From: Octopus vulgaris
Taxonomy: Eukaryota
Direction of reading: 5' to 3'
DNA: 64,000 nucleotides
Assembly (NCBI GenBank): GCA_951406725.2
Contig: OX597817.1
Coordinates: forward strand, 47,864,001 to 47,928,000
The translations under genes and the position numbers were made by a program. Shown here piece after piece: positions 63,416 to 64,000 of the stretch. Each line of letters begins with the position of its first letter. Positions within the stretch are counted from its first letter, which is position 1. The notes under the pieces were generated by a model that searched no databases, was not told where the DNA came from, and worked only from the letters and a program-made list of their open reading frames with translations.

Positions 63416-64000
63416 GTAAGTTGTACTTCATAAACAGATTGGCTGATATTACTAATGACATTAAGGTGGCGAGCTGGCAGAACCGTTAGCACGCTGAACA
63501 AAAGGCTATGTTCTGGGTTCAAATTCCTGCGAGGTCGACTTTTCCTTTCATCTTTTCGGGGTCGATAAATTAAGTTCCAGTGAATCACTAGGGGTCGATG
63601 TAATTGACTAGCCCCCCCACCCCCAAATTTCAGGCCCTGTGCCTGTAGTAGAAAGGATTTACAGATTGTAAGGTGGTAAGCTGGCAGAATCATTAGTATG
63701 GTGGTATTTCACTCATCGCTACGTTCTGAGTTCAAATTTCTGCTAAGTCGACTTTGCCTTTTATCCTTTCAGGATCAATAAATTAAGTTCCAGTGAATCA
63801 CTGGTCCCCTCTCCTCGACTAGTCCCCTCTCCTCAAATTTTAGGCCTTTAGGAAGAGAAGTGAGAGTCTTGAAGATAATTTGATTCACTGGAACTTAATT
63901 TATCGACCCTGGATGTCTTGAAACCGCCACCACTGAGAAAAACATTGATCCTATTCACCACTTAGTGATGGATGGCAAGCAATTGTCAATAAATAAAATA

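Overview
AT-rich, microsatellite- and transposon-dense eukaryotic DNA. The SINE families point to an octopus genome (inference from family recognition, not a database hit). The only clearly intact protein-coding gene is transketolase (TKT) on the + strand: six coding exons from 29916 to 63415, a ~25 kb first intron, and the gene continues past the window. There is one intact tRNA-Ile(AAT) at 10609-10682 and a 28-nt U2 snRNA fragment at 15093-15120. The rest is mostly mobile DNA: three tRNA-headed SINE families; RTE, CR1-like, R4/Dong and Penelope remnants; Tc1, mariner, hAT and piggyBac remnants and MITEs; two non-autonomous Helitrons; and several satellites and fold-back palindromes. Almost all ORFs in the supplied track are repeat artefacts. 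Most notable observations: (i) three unrelated minimal, dimer-type hammerhead ribozyme motifs; (ii) a CpG-dense fold-back element flanked by an unusually long ~40 bp direct repeat in TKT intron 1; (iii) a SINE that appears to insert at GGT sites, including a site inside itself, giving head-less tandem arrays; (iv) a SINE with two alternative tails, one matching an RTE LINE 3' end in the same window; (v) a U2 fragment inside a short insertion; (vi) an inverted pair of decayed Cys-rich exons. All alignments were done by eye. I found no evidence of a novel multi-gene system.
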